Shown: positions 24,965-38,015 of the stretch, piece by piece | Layout of the letters: each line of letters opens with the position of its first letter | Position numbering within the stretch: position 1 is the first letter of the stretch | Notes under the pieces: model-generated | The model's database searches: none | Told to the model about the DNA's origin: nothing | What the model saw: the letters and a program-made list of their open reading frames with translations, nothing else | Translations under genes and position numbers: made by a program | Assembly (NCBI GenBank): GCA_013265495.1 | Contig: MU057560.1 | Coordinates: forward strand, 2,604,909 to 2,664,908 | Length of the DNA stretch: 60,000 nt | Direction of reading: 5' to 3' | Origin: Vicugna vicugna | Lineage: Eukaryota

Positions 24965-25200
24965 GACGAAGCCACAAGGGCAGAGTCACGTGACCAGCGA
25001 GGGCCGAGGCGTGGGGAGCGCCTAAGGACAACGACGGGCCCCGCGACAGTCAGCGGAGAAGCGGGGCCTCAGCCCCACGCTGGCAGGGGTGTGGATTCGG
25101 CCAACAGCCTGCAGGGGCCTGGAGACGAACTCGTCCCCAGAGCTGCCAGCAGCGAAGGCAGCCCTGCGCCCGCGCTGACAGCATCCTCGTGAGGCACGCG
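24965..25200 (+). mobile_element. MaLR LTR (MLT1) fragment, GC-shifted
   Basis: 'gacagtcagcggagaagcggggcctcagcccc...ggattcggccaacagcctg...cctggagacgaactcgtccccagagctgccag'. Confidence 0.7.
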
Positions 25201-26499
25201 GACTTCACGGAACGTGTGTAAAAAGGAGCCCTCTGGGGGCACATGGTGCTTCCGCGGGGCTCTGTGCCGGGAGCCGCCCTCGTGGACTTCGGGGCTGTAG
25301 GCTTCTCAGCGGGACCACTTCCTACAAGCGGGCAAACCATCCTGCGGCCAGTTTCCATAGAGGTGTTAATTGTGCGTATTTGCTACATGTCAAAAATTGT
25401 AATCATTTTAGCTCAGAAAAGTTGCACTTTAAAATCTGGCATTTTTCTGTTTTCTGTTTCTTACTGTTCATCCCTAGACTACAAATATGCTGAAGTGAAA
25501 GGGATGGAAAATGAGATTGACCCACGTGATGGGGAGGGAAGCAAACCCCTCCGTATTTTTGGAATAAAATGAAGGAATTAACATAAACCTAACTTCGGCA
25601 CCTTAAAGATACATTCCTTTAATTTGTTTCCTTTGGTTAAAATTACACGTTCACTGAGCGTTAAAAACTCAAGCAGTCCTAAAGGCTTTGGAGAAAGTGA
25701 TGGTCAGTGACTCCGTCCTCAGAAGCAGCCGCTGCAGGTTTCAGCTGCTCATTCTTAGATGTGACAACTGTTCTGCTTGCTTCTCTGTTCCTGAATTATG
25801 CTCCTATTTTGCTGTTTTTCCCCTTTGGTTGTTTCTGGTTAAGACAGTGTCTGCGGACTTTCCTTTTTGAAGATGAGGCTTCAGATCTCTCATACTCATT
25901 CCAAATACGCCAGCACATCCCCATCCAGTCTCCAAAACCAGTATAGCATGATTTTGAGAGAAGATACCCAGTGTTTACTTCATAACTATTACAAAATGTT
26001 ACAACTGAGGCTTCTTGGCTGACGGCGCTCCCTTCTCGCTCACTGTGTTTGTTGCATTAGCGTAATAATTATCTCTGCGTATTTATAGTTTGTTCCAGCT
26101 TTGTAATGCAGGTCCAGGCTCTTACGGAAGGATGCTCTCTGCATCAGGAAACCTGCGCCCCACCCTCCTAGAGCTTCCCTGCCCGCAGCCAGCCCTCCCT
26201 GACCCCACGCAGCTGGCTTCCCTCCGGTCTCACTGTGCTGCGGTTTCCAGGGAGCTGCACTCGCTATTGTTGGAAAATCCCTTCCCCTCCTTCCTGTTTT
26301 GCATCCCATGCCCTTTTCCTGCTCTGAGTGGCTGCTGAAATTTGGATGGGCCCTCCTGTGGTGGCTTCCTCAGAAGAACACCTGGGAGGAGGCTGAGGAC
26401 GGACACGCGTATCAGGGTTGCGTTTGGCTCCTTTTTGACCAGCAGTCTAGGTCCTGGGTGAGGCTTCTTAATCCGCGATCCCGTGTCCTGCAGGTGTGG

Positions 26500-26900
26500 A
26501 TGTGTATGACATCCAGTTCTTCCATAATCTCCTAATTCTCTATTCATTCTCTTTCTCTTACTAGGCATTGAACTTAATGGGTCCTGTAACAGCCGTATCC
26601 TTTTTTGCTTCCATTTTACATCTTTCTTTAGTTCTGCTTTCTAGGAAATTTTACAAGGCTTTCTTCCAGTCCTTCTACCGGACTTTCGGCACGTGCTGTC
26701 AAATCTTCATATGCCAGGGGGTCTTTTTGGCTCTTTGAATCCCCTTCCTTTTCAGGTGAATTCTCATTCTTGTTTTAGGAGTGCAACGTCTTCTCTTACT
26801 GTCCTGAAAATATCGTGTTTTTGAACTTCTCTTCAGTAACTTTTGTCCTACAGGTTTGAGTTTTTCTTCCCTTTTGTCTGGTTGTGTGTCTGATTTTCAT
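26500..26900 (-). mobile_element. Ancient L1 ORF1/HAL1-like remnant
   Basis: T-rich text such as 'ctttagttctgctttctaggaaattttacaaggctttcttccagtccttc'. Confidence 0.4.
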
Positions 26901-29346
26901 AGTGGAGGCTGTTTTCAGGCACCCGGAAACCCTGCCCCTCAGAAGCTGACTTGAAGCTCCACGTAAGCGGACAGGCTTCCCTGCGTGTGCGCGGCCCTGA
27001 GGGCGGTCGGCCTGGGTCGGTCTGGCCGAGCTGTTCCACCAGGGAGGCCCCAGATGCAGGACCAGGATATCTTCCTCTTGAGAGTCTCATTCTTTGTGGG
27101 GAAAGAACCCTACAAAATTCCACCTGCGGGGTTCGAGTCCACCTGCACTGATTCTCAGGAGGGAGTTTGGGGAGTCCCCTTCTGTGTGTGGTGTCTTCAG
27201 TGTCCCCTGTGCTGCCTCTGTGCCTGCACCCCAATTCCTGAGACCCAACCTCTGCTAGAAACAAAGCTCTGGGTCTCTGACTCTGTGAGAGGGTCCATCG
27301 CCCTTCCTCTTATAACAGGTGAGGAAATGATCTACAAGAAACATGACTGCTGCTCAAGACTTTCACAGGACACTTCTGCTCCAGCCTCCCTCCCCCCTAG
27401 CTTTCCAGGGCACGTGGTCCCCAATTGCTCCACGTTTCTCGGACTCTGGCCCAAGTCTGCCTGCCTCTGGGCTTCTGCAGCGGGTGATGGGGACAGCAGG
27501 TGCAGGAACTGCTGCCCTTCATCCACAGGCTTTCCTGCTTCCGACATTTCATCACCTTTCCTTTGGTTTCATTGGTCTTGTTTCCTTGGGATTAAGCCTT
27601 CCTGATGTCCCTTTACTGTCACTTCTGTGGCAGTTTGAGAGGGACCAGTAATCTGCCATGTTCAGCGGGGTCCCAGTTTATTACACTGTTAAAATACTCG
27701 CTTCTCATCCCCCACCCCCCGCCACCTCCTGCCCACTCAACATGGAAAGAAGCAACTATTCAGCATTTGCTGAAGTAAGAGCTGTGTCTTCCGACTCCAG
27801 CAGAGATCCAGGAAGCCTCTGTATGGGATGAGAGAACAGCGTTCATAGGCTGGGTCCCCCAGCTCAGGAAGCACTGCCTGGCGAGAATGTGGAGAAGTCG
27901 GAACATTTAAAATGTGACTGACCTAAAACGTCATCGTCTGTGACAGTAGGACTGGGCCATGTGTCCTCAAGAAATGGGCCCTCTCCCAGGCCGTCTGTTT
28001 CAGTCTGTGGGCGCTGGTCCACCCTCAGCCCTGGGACCCACTGCTCTCTGCCTCGCAGGTCACACTTTGTGCCAACTCCTGTGCTTCCAGGCCTCCCTGG
28101 TTCACAGTCAGCTCTCACTGTTTCCAGGAGGCTGCGTCCACCTAGCAGTCACCTGGAAAGCCTTCAGGTGGTTTGGCAGGTCCTGCATGGGTAGCAAAGG
28201 CCATCTGAAGTCTCACACAGGAGACACCTGTAGTCGTACGTCTGCTGTGACATAAACGATAGATCAGTCTTACAGGCTGATCAAAAGTCATTCATGTCTG
28301 AGTTCTGAGTAAATGAGCTTAAGGGGTACTGAGGAGTGATAAACTCATCTAAACAGAAAATTAAAGAGAGCCTCTGATGGTAAAGAGCTCATTACTATTT
28401 GCACCAAAGCTCACACAGCAGCAGTAGCAGGTTACTAACCGCTGCTAAGCTGCCTGCCAACCTTGCTTGCTTAGAACTTAGCTGAGGGCAGCTGAGTAGA
28501 CATCAGGCGTCTCCAAGGGGCCCAGGAGACGGTAAAACGTTTTATCGTGAAGATTTTAATAAGAGGGCCTTTCAAACTCTCACTTGGGGTCAACTTTCTT
28601 GTATTTTGCACACAATTCAAACAAGAATTTTCTTCTGACTCTAAAGCTGTGTAAACAGGAAGAGACGAAGTGCACTGCTGTGGGTAAGTGTCCTGATAAG
28701 AGAAAGCCGGGTGGCTGAAAAGACAGAAGACAGAGAGTCTTCTCAGGAAGGGACCAAGTGGTGCTGAGTTCGACTTGGAGACACCAGCACAATCTTGCGT
28801 TTAGCTTCACGGGAAACAGATGGAGACAGATGTAACTGCAGGTGTGCGTGTTTCAGTGGGCGTGCACATGGATGTTTCCTGTGTTGTTGGCGGAGAGGGC
28901 CCGGAGCAGCCACACCAGTGGCAGCGGGCTCACCCGGGATGCAGAGCTTGGTTTCTCATGCTGTTCTCCTGCACAGGGAGCCAGGGTCCCGGTGGCAGTC
29001 CCAGGGGTTCAGGCTGGGGTGGTGAAGGGAGGCTGGTTCTCTGGGGCGAGGCGTGGGGCTGCAGGGAGACCCTGTGTTCCCCTGCAGGCACAGAGGAGGC
29101 GGGAGCTGCTCAGGACGTCTGGAGTCTGTGTCCAGGGCTGGGGCTGACCGTCTGCATCACATCTGGTCTTTGGGGACACTGCCCACCCACCAGCAGCAGG
29201 TCCCAACCGCCTCTCCCCCAAATCTTTCAACAGTCCTGCAGGCCACCGACCCTGTGTTAACCCCCTTACGTGAGAATGCTTCGAAGGGCTTCTGCGTCCT
29301 CGATCAGAGCCAGACCAACCAGCCAACCCAAAGCACTAAAAGGGAC

Positions 29347-29371
29347 CCAGCCAGCCAGCCAGCCAGCCAGC
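29347..29371. repeat. (CCAG)6 tetranucleotide repeat
   Basis: Directly visible. Confidence 0.9.
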
Positions 29372-30149
29372 GAACCTCTCTCAATGACTGCTCTGTCCCT
29401 CAGTTTCCCTGTCACCCACAGCAGCGGGAAGAGGTGGCAGGAGCTGCCAGGATGCCAGGGCACTGCCCCAGTACAGATGCCCTGAAGGAGGGAGGCTGTG
29501 AGCTGGGCAGGGCCCACCTGCAGGTTCAGACCTCTTCAAGTCAGGAGGACCCTGATCCTCCAGCCTGTCTGCCTGGGCGGTCATCTCAGCATCATTGCTT
29601 CATCCGCATCTGGATGTCTCCTTTCGGGGAACCGTGCTGCTCACGTCGAACGTGCAGAAGCAGGGGGTGGGGGTGGGGGTCCAGGCTGCAGCTTCGTCTT
29701 CCCTCCTGGTCTCATCAGACGGCGTCCACAGCACGAGCAGTGAACAGCGTTCACGTGCACGAGGGGTTAAGTCTGGATGACGACCAGTAAGAACCCCCTT
29801 CCTGTGGTCAGCACTTTCTAAGTCAAAATGAGCAACGGCTCCCACCACAGGCATCCCCAAGGACAAAGCAATGCTTCGGACGGGGGTTGGAAAAACTGTC
29901 CCAGTGGTCTGAGCCACAGTTGGAGACGTATTCAGTGCCACGGGGCCGGCCACCCCCGTCCCAGCCAGTGTCGGCCGCGTGAGGCCCCCAGACACCTACT
30001 GCCTGTGACACGCCGAGTCGGGAAGGGGCTGTGTCGTAGCTCAGAGCTCGGTCTGGGTCGTCCTACTGCAGTGGCTTTACCATTCATCTTAGCGTGAGTT
30101 CATCTTTATTTCTTTTGTTATTTAATAATGATTTTTCTTTTCTTGCGGG

Positions 30150-30443
30150 TAATTTTTTATTGAGCTGTAACGGACATATGACAGTATGTGAGTTTCAAGT
30201 ATGTAAGAAAACGACTCAATATCGGTAGGTATTGAGAAATGATCTAAGTCTGCCTAACATCCATGTCCTCGCATAGTCTTTCTTTGATGATCTGCTTCTA
30301 AGATCTACTCTAATGTTAGCAACTTTCAAATGTGCAGCACGGTGTCATTAACGACAGTCCCCAGGCTGGAGCGACACCTCCCTCAGAGCTCACGTGTCTT
30401 ATAACTGGAAGTTTGTGTCTTTTGACCCCCTTCAACCATTTCA
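30150..30443 (-). mobile_element. L1MA-type 3' UTR fragment
   Basis: 'ttttttattgagctgtaa...agcaactttcaaatgtgcagcac...cttataactggaagtttgtgtcttttgacccccttc'. Confidence 0.8.
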
Positions 30444-30904
30444 CAAAATTTTGCAATAAACTTTTTTAGCAGCTAATTTTTAGGAAGGAAGACAGAGAGG
30501 AGGGGTGAAGGGTAAAAACATACCGCAAGAGGGATACGTTTAAAGAATAAACGAAGTCCTTTCTTCCAGAAGGCGATGAGCAATCTGCCCTGTCCACAGA
30601 GCTGCCAACATTTCCATTAACAAAGGTGACCTGGTGATGTCACAGGGCCCGTGAAATCCGCAAGTCACAAATCTGCCAGGGAAACAGTCACATCCACTTC
30701 AAATATTAGCAGCCTTTGTGTAACTTTAAATAAATTCAGACATGAAATGTTGTCCAGTCTCTGCATGACCTGTGCCCGGCTTCCTCTGATGTTAGCAACT
30801 TACACACTTGTGAACTGACTGTTGAAATAGTGTTTTTGGTAATTGTTAGGCACTGTTCTAACCCTGTTTCTTTTAACTTTTATCAGACTTTCTTACATTA
30901 AAAA

Positions 30905-32458
30905 ATTACATCATTTTTAAAGGTTACTTTGTGTTTGCAGTTGTTACAAAGTATTGCCTATATTCCCTGTGTTGGGGGTACACCCTTGGGCCTGGCTTGA
31001 CCCCCGACCGTTTGTCCCTCCCACGCCCTCCCCACTTGCCCTTCCCTCTGGTGACCACTCGTTTGTGCTCCGTGAGGCTGCTGCTTTTGTTGGTCGTATT
31101 CACACTCACTCGTTTGTTGTAGTTTTCAGATTGCACATGTAAGTTGCATCATACTGTATTCGTCTTTCCCTGTCTGACTGACTTCACTTAGCGTCATGCC
31201 CTCCGTGTCCATCCGTGTTGCTGCGAATGGCAGAGTTCACTACTTTTCGTGCCGCGTGGTATCCTGTTGTGTGCGCACACGCCACGGCTGTTTCATCCAG
31301 TCCTCTGCTGGTGGGCGCTTAGGTGGCTTGCGTGTCTCGGCAACTGTAAATAGTGCTGCTGCGAACACTGGAGGGCGTGTGTCTTTTGTACTTGGTGTCT
31401 TTGCTTTCTCTGTGTACATACCCCGGAGTGGAATTGCTGGGTCACGTGGTAGTTCCTCTTCTAGTGTTGTGAGGAGCCCCCATGCTGTTCTCCCCAGTGG
31501 CTGCACCGATGTGCACCCCCAGCAGCCGTGTACGAGGGGTCTCTTCCCTCCACGTCCTCGACGGCATTTGTCACTTGTGTTCCTTTGATGACAGCCGTTC
31601 TGGCAGGCGGAGGCGACGCTGTGGTCTGGATTTGTGTATGCCTGAGGATGAGTGCTGTTGAGCGTGTTTCCACGAGCCTGGTGGCCGTCTGCATTTCCCC
31701 TTTGGAAAGATGTCTGTCCAGTTCCCCCGCCCACTTTGTGTTTGGATTGTGTGCTTTTTGGTGCTGAGTGGTGTGAGCTGGTTACATGTGCTAGGGGTTA
31801 ACCCCTTACTGGCCACGTAATTTGCAGAGATTTCCTCCTGTTCAGGAGGCTGTCTTTCCATCTTGTTGATGGTTACCTTTGCTGTGCAAAAGCTTTTGTT
31901 TAATTAGGTCCCATTTATTTATTTTTCCTTTATTTCCTTTGTGTTAGTAAATAGGTCCCAAAAAATCCGTAAGTAAGATTGATGTCAGAGTGTCTGCCTG
32001 TGTTTTCCTCTAGGAGTTTCATGGGATCCAGTCTTGCGTGGCGGGCTTTAATCCATTTTGAGTTTGTTTCTGTACATGGTGTTAGAGGATGTCTTAATTT
32101 CATCCTTTTGCATACAGCTGTCTGGTTTCCCCAGCACCATTTGTTGAAGAGACTGTCTTTTCTCCACTGAATATTCTTGCCTCCTTTGTCATAGATTAAT
32201 TGACAATAAGTGTATGGGTTTGTTCCTGGGCTTTCTAACCTGTTCCATTGACCTATGTGTCTGTTTTGGGGCTGGAATCATACTGTGTTGATGGCTGTTG
32301 CTTTGTGGTGTAGTCTGAAGTCAGGGAGCGTGATTCCTCCAGCTCTGTTCTTCCTCAAGATTGCTCTGGCTGTTTGGGGTCTTTTGTGCATCCACACAAA
32401 TTTAAAAATTATTTGTTCTAGTTCTGTAAAACATGCCAGTGGTATTTTGACAGGGATT
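30905..32458 (-). mobile_element. L1 3' UTR and ORF2 3' end (non-inverted part of a 5'-inverted insertion)
   Basis: Minus ORF 31240-31734 'ELPRDPAIPLRGMY...PVFAAALFTVAETRKPPKRP'. Confidence 0.9.
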
Positions 32459-32459
32459 T

Positions 32460-32750
32460 CTCATCCTTGAATTCCGTAAAGTTGCAGGTTACAAAATTAA
32501 TATACAGAAATACGTTGCATTTCTACCCACTAACAATGAAGCGTCAGAAGAAGAAATTAAGGAAACAACCTATTTACTGTCACATCAAAAAGATAAAATG
32601 CCTGGGAATAAACTTACCCAAGGAGGCAGAAGGCTTGTGCTCTGAAACCTCTAAGACACTGATGAAAGAAACCGAAGGTGACACGGACAGGTGGAAAGAC
32701 ACACCATGTTCTTGGATGAGAAGAACTGGTGCTGTTAAAGTGACCACCAC
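32460..32750 (+). mobile_element. Inverted 5' segment of the same L1
   Basis: 'IKCLGINLPKEAEGLCSETSKTLMKETEGDTDRWKDTPCSW' lies just upstream, in ORF2, of where the minus segment stops. Confidence 0.88.
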
Positions 32751-35700
32751 CTGACTGTGGAAAGACTGGTTCAGTGCTGTTACCTCAGCCACAGGCCTTC
32801 CGGCCCGCGTGGCCTGTGGTTTCCGTGTCTCCCTGGTTCCCTCCATCCACGTCAGCTCTTCTTCTTTCCTGTCCTTGTGGTCTGATGTGCCTGAGGACAG
32901 TGAGTCACACGTGCCGTTCCTTATCACACAGTGAAGCAGGGCAGAAAGCGTTCTTCTGCATCAGTCTTTCTCTCCCAAATCCAAGCCTCCTCGTGCAGGT
33001 ACAAAGAATACAGCAGCCGCTGCTACTGTGCTGGTTCCGATGTCTGGGCTCGGCCTCACTGCCATCTGATGCTTCAAAGAAAGAAATCAGGTAAATCACA
33101 GAGCCAGCTGACCCTTCTGTGCCAGGAGCTGAAGAGCCGAGCGAGTTGGGGGACCTGGTCAGTATGGTTGAGAGGCTTAACACTGAAGACACAGTTGTCT
33201 TTGTTTGCAGTGGAATTAAGAAGACAAGTTTTGACGGAGCCTGGCATCGTGGAAGTCGTGTTTGTACTGAATTAAGAAACCTGCGGAGCAGAAGCGCGTT
33301 TGGAGTCGGTGGTAGTAGATGCAAGTGTAATTTGTTTTTCTGTCTAAACACACTGATATTTCACCATAGAGACAGAAAAAGTTTTCAAATACACACACAC
33401 GTGCCAAATAAGCGAACTACAACATTTCTGTGACGATGGCATTGACTACAAAAGGGAAACTTCAATGTGACTATGCATAAACAGCATATTTAATTCTTTG
33501 AAGAGTTACTTTGTAAATAAGCATAGGTCATTTCCTGGAGTGAAATATTTGATGGAGCTCTGATTTTTAAGTGGATAAATGTATGCTCAGTGAAATACTC
33601 AAAAATATTGTGAATACTGAAATGTTACTTGGTCAAATCCTGTCTCAGAGGAATATTTGTCAAAGCAATAAAATCTACATAGAGCTGGTTTTGTAGACAA
33701 CACGATCAGCTTGTGAACTTGTATGCATTTTGTAACCCCTCACTGTTGTGTTTTCTCCGTGGTTGTGTGGTGGACCGAGTCACACAACTTGAAGGCAGGT
33801 GTGCGGAGAGAGAGAGAGAACGACACGTGGAAAGCACCCACCTTGATGGGCAGCACTTAACATTGTTCTGTAAGTGGTCGCTGTTATTTCTGTCCTGGGT
33901 CTTAGCTGAGTATCTGGCCCATTAGAGAGGCTCAATAAATCAATACTGTCAGTTAGGTTTGGTAGAAGCACTGGCTGGGAAAGAGCTTTGCCAAATTGCT
34001 CCTACACCCACCTGCAGATTTACACAAGTGAGGATGCACTTTTTCTCTCTGGCATGGCCTGGATTCTGCCTTCCGCTCTGTTATGGAATGGTCACATGGT
34101 GGCATTCCCATTTGCACTGTCGGAGCTGCTCTCTGGGCAAGACTCCAGGTGAAAGCCGTGATCCTTGCAGACGCTGGAGTGGTCGTGCGCACACGGGGCG
34201 AGGGCAGCCGTCTTGAGTATGTATTCTGTGTCATCATTCCTGTGATTGAAACATAGACGTACAAGCATTTGATGAGCCGTAGCCTGGAAAATAAAACGGG
34301 GTGGAAGGTAAGACAGGAGAGAGATGGTCTCAGAATTGCTTGGATGTCGAGATGAAGCATTTTTTTCTAGGATGTCTGACCCCAAAGCCTCACGCTTTTG
34401 ACCTGCTGCTGAAGAGGTGGTTTCTGGAGAGCTCACTCCCTGGCAGCGCCCGTCTCCCAGTGCCGAGCCGCGTGGACAGGCACTCAGCTCTGCCTGCCAG
34501 CTGCAGCCTGAGCCTGTGCCCGGCACCCCGAGACCTGGGGAGAGGCGCTAGGTCCTGCCTCCCACGGGGCCGCCTTCGCCTGCGAGACAAGGACTCCCTG
34601 CTGAGTAGCAGAAATCAAACTATATATAAAAGGGAATGGAAACCTACCTGCTGTATTTTCTCTCCTATTTCCTTTACAGAAAGTGACGCGTGCCTGGGAT
34701 AGGCTTTCTCTGAAGGAAGGAGCTGGGAGAAGGGACGCAGAGTGGTTGGAACGGAATATGAGAAAGTTGGACACGGTGTAAGCTACCCGGGAGGGCGTGG
34801 CGACGGCCCCGGCGGCTGATGGTGTGCCTGCAGGGGCCTCAGGGAGCCGAAGGAGCGTGACGAGGCACCGGGGCCGGAGGGCAGGGAGGCCTCGAAGCCA
34901 CGGGGGGGAATAACTGGCTCAGAAGGGACAGAAGGTAGTTTATCAACAGTGAGAATGCTGGGACGTAAAGAAACACTCATTTTGCTCTGGTCAAAAAGAG
35001 GATGGGGGGGGAGAGAGAGACCCAGGCGCCAGAAGAGCGCGCTGTGGTTAGTAACCAGGACACACGGCCCCGCCGCTGGTGCCGGGGCGGCTCCTGCCCA
35101 AGTCCTTGAAACCATGGTCCACGGCGGGCAGGGGCTCCGTCAGCGTGAACCGACGTCTCCGTGACTTTGAAGGCTGGCGTGTGGTGCCTGCGTGTAACAC
35201 GCGTTTTCATGTTGGCATCTAGTAATTGCAAAGTTGAGGTAAAAATTGTATGCGGTAAGACCCCATCGGTATGGTTCAGAAATCTGCTGAACGTGGTGGA
35301 AGTTACTGAGAAAATGGAAAACACTGGAGAACCAAGTGTCTCCTCACTGCTGTACACTGTGAAGTTAGAGAAAAATTGTCCCAAATGCACCTGAAACAGA
35401 ATCAAATTATACTTTAACCACAAAACAGAAGTGACTGGAAAGAAAACAAACCTACTTGAGGAAGAAAGATCTCCTGTGGTCACAGTGACTCCACCCGGGC
35501 CCGCTCCCCTTCAGGGAATTGATCAAATCTACTGAAGAGAACAATGGAGAACAAGGTACAGCGTGTGCACAGTGATACAACAGTATGGGCGGAACGTGAA
35601 GCTGCAAGAGGACGCTTGTGTTTACAGACATTTTTTATTTTGGCGTGGAACAGAATGTATTCAAAAGCTAGACCTGGGCATGCAGTCGCGATACTTTATC

Positions 35701-37500
35701 CTAAGTCTTCTTGCCAGTCTGTTTCTGACGCGTTGTAAGTGTGTATTTATTCATCTTTCCCCTAGGTGGTCAGAGACCCCGAAAAATAATAATGTACTGC
35801 AGGTCAATACCAGGAAAATAATCATATTGTTCAAGACTGAGAGTAGACTGGTCAGGACGAGGCATTTCTTCTCATTACTTTCCTCATCTTATTTCTTTGG
35901 TCTAAATTGCCTTAGTTCAATTTTTTGTGAAATGTTTGGGGCCCCTTTTCAAACAAATGGGCCCCTGGAGATGACTGTTTAAATGTGACCGAGTGGAGGG
36001 TCAAGGACCAACACTATTACTTCCACGTTCGAAAGAGCAGTGCGTTTTCCCCAAATCTCCATTCAAATCTGATCTCGAGGAAACATCCTCTCTGGTTTCT
36101 GATCTGTTGACTGTCTCAGGAGGGTCTCCATGTACCTCACACAGCTTTTAAAGTATGTATGTATGTATGTGTAGGTATGAAGCCAGACTATCAAATCTTT
36201 CGTCAGTGCTTGTTGCACATCCTCAAATACATGTCCTCTTCTAATGAGAATATGACAGTGGTTAGAATGAAAACACTCTCCAGTTTGATACACCTTTGAG
36301 TAATCTGTGTGATAAGCTATTCCTGTGTTTAGGAAGGACTCAAAGGGAAAACATTCCTGCTCCGTGGGGAAACCAGGCACCCATCGAATTGCTCTAGTAG
36401 AGCTGTCCATGGAAAGGGTTAAGGCAAAGCACTGCCCCAAAGAGGGGGAGAGGGTCAGGGAGAGTTCCTGAAATTGGTCCAGGGCCTTGAAGGATGGATG
36501 CGTCCTCTGTTTATGGAAAGTTCATTTTCCTCTTTGTTTTCTTTGAAGATTAAGAACCCAGGGGTTCTTAGTTAAGATGAATTGGAATTATAATTAGGAT
36601 TCTAAAACCTGTCTGTCTGTCTTAGAGGATACGTCCTCAGATTCCTTTTCCTTTCAGGAGGAACTTGTATCAGGACATGAAGCAACACGGTTTGGTCGCT
36701 TGTAAGCTAAGTCCTAGTTATAAATGTCAGGGACTGTTCTTACTCTGAGAAGCATTATTTTTTCTCCCCTTTCCTTTTTTTTTCCTTATAAAACTGTTGT
36801 AGTTCCCCTGGTGTTAGATTTTGCTTGCCAAAGGTGCTCATTTGTCCATTGCCTCAGTCAACACGTAGTCAGGCACCACGGTGCTGTGTGTGGGGCTAAG
36901 CACTGTGGTCGGTCAGTGGCCCCCTCGTTGGCTCCGGATGCTGACAACCTTGTCCCTCTGGTCGGGCAGCAGGGAGAAGTGTCCCCAAGGAGGCCGGCTT
37001 CTAGCCAAGGCAAAGAGGGGTGGGAAAGCCCGAAGAAAACGTGAGGGCTTTGGGATATCGGTTGGTCGGGAGGAATCTGAAGAGGAGGGTAGGAGTGCGT
37101 TCGCGGGTGTGGTGCCAAAAGCAGAGATGGGGATGCCTGTCAGGCCAGCTTGGTGGGACATTGTACATGAAATGGGAATGGCATTTTTAAGATGCTTAAG
37201 GAAACAGGAATCAAGGAATTTTATATCCAGCAAAAAAGATGCTGAAGAACTTGGGGCATGTGCTCTCTTGACCCTTTCTTGAAGGTCTATGCGGAGATGA
37301 GCATCAGTAGACCAGAATGACCTGACACGTCTGAGGAGAGAGACTGTGACGCCAGGGGGCACTCGGCTCCTTGTGAGAATGACACTGAACAAGGGGGAGA
37401 GCGAGAGTCTGGTCTTTGACAGCTGTGTCCTTCAATAGTATAATTAAACTATGAAAATGGGGAGAGAATGAGACAACCAACTGTAAACACAATTCTTAAA

Positions 37501-38015
37501 AATAGCCAAGACATGGAAACAGCCTCAATGTCCATCAACAGATGATAAAGAAGTGGTATATTTATACAATGGAATACTATTCAGCCATAAAAATGACAAC
37601 ATAATGCCATTTGCAGCAACATGAATGTCCGTGGAGAATGTCATTCTAAGTGAAGTAAGCCAGGAAGAGAAAGAAAAGTACCATATGAAGTCGCTCATAT
37701 GTGGAATCTAAAGGAAAAAAAACATAAATACAAAACAGAAACAGACTCACAGACATAGAATACAAACTTGTGGTTGCCAAGGGGGCAGGGGGTGGGAAGG
37801 GACAGACTGGGAGTTCAGAATGTAGAATAGCTAAACAAGACTGTACTGTGTAGCACAGGGAAATACATACAGGATCTTGTGGTGGCTCACAGCAGAAGAG
37901 AATGTGACAATGAATGTATGTATGTTCATGTGTAACTGAAAAATTGTGCTCTATGCTGGAATTTGACACAACATTGTAAAATGACTGTCGCTCAATAAAA
38001 AAAGTAAAAAAAAAT
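37501..38015 (+). mobile_element. Short 5'-truncated camelid-type L1 3' end
   Basis: Closely matches 15052-15590; ends 'ctcaataaaaaaagtaaaaaaaaa'. Confidence 0.93.

Noticed and set aside
29053..29790. 245-aa ORF and other 130-210 aa ORFs (e.g. 4663-5262, 6238-6870, 26985-27605)
   Set aside because: Pro/Arg/Gly/Ser-rich, no recognisable domain, cross repeats, expected by chance in GC-rich DNA.
30815..32764. 'ctgactgt(t/g)gaaa' pair as TSD of the inverted L1
   Set aside because: The left copy lies roughly 80 bp outside the apparent L1 3' end.
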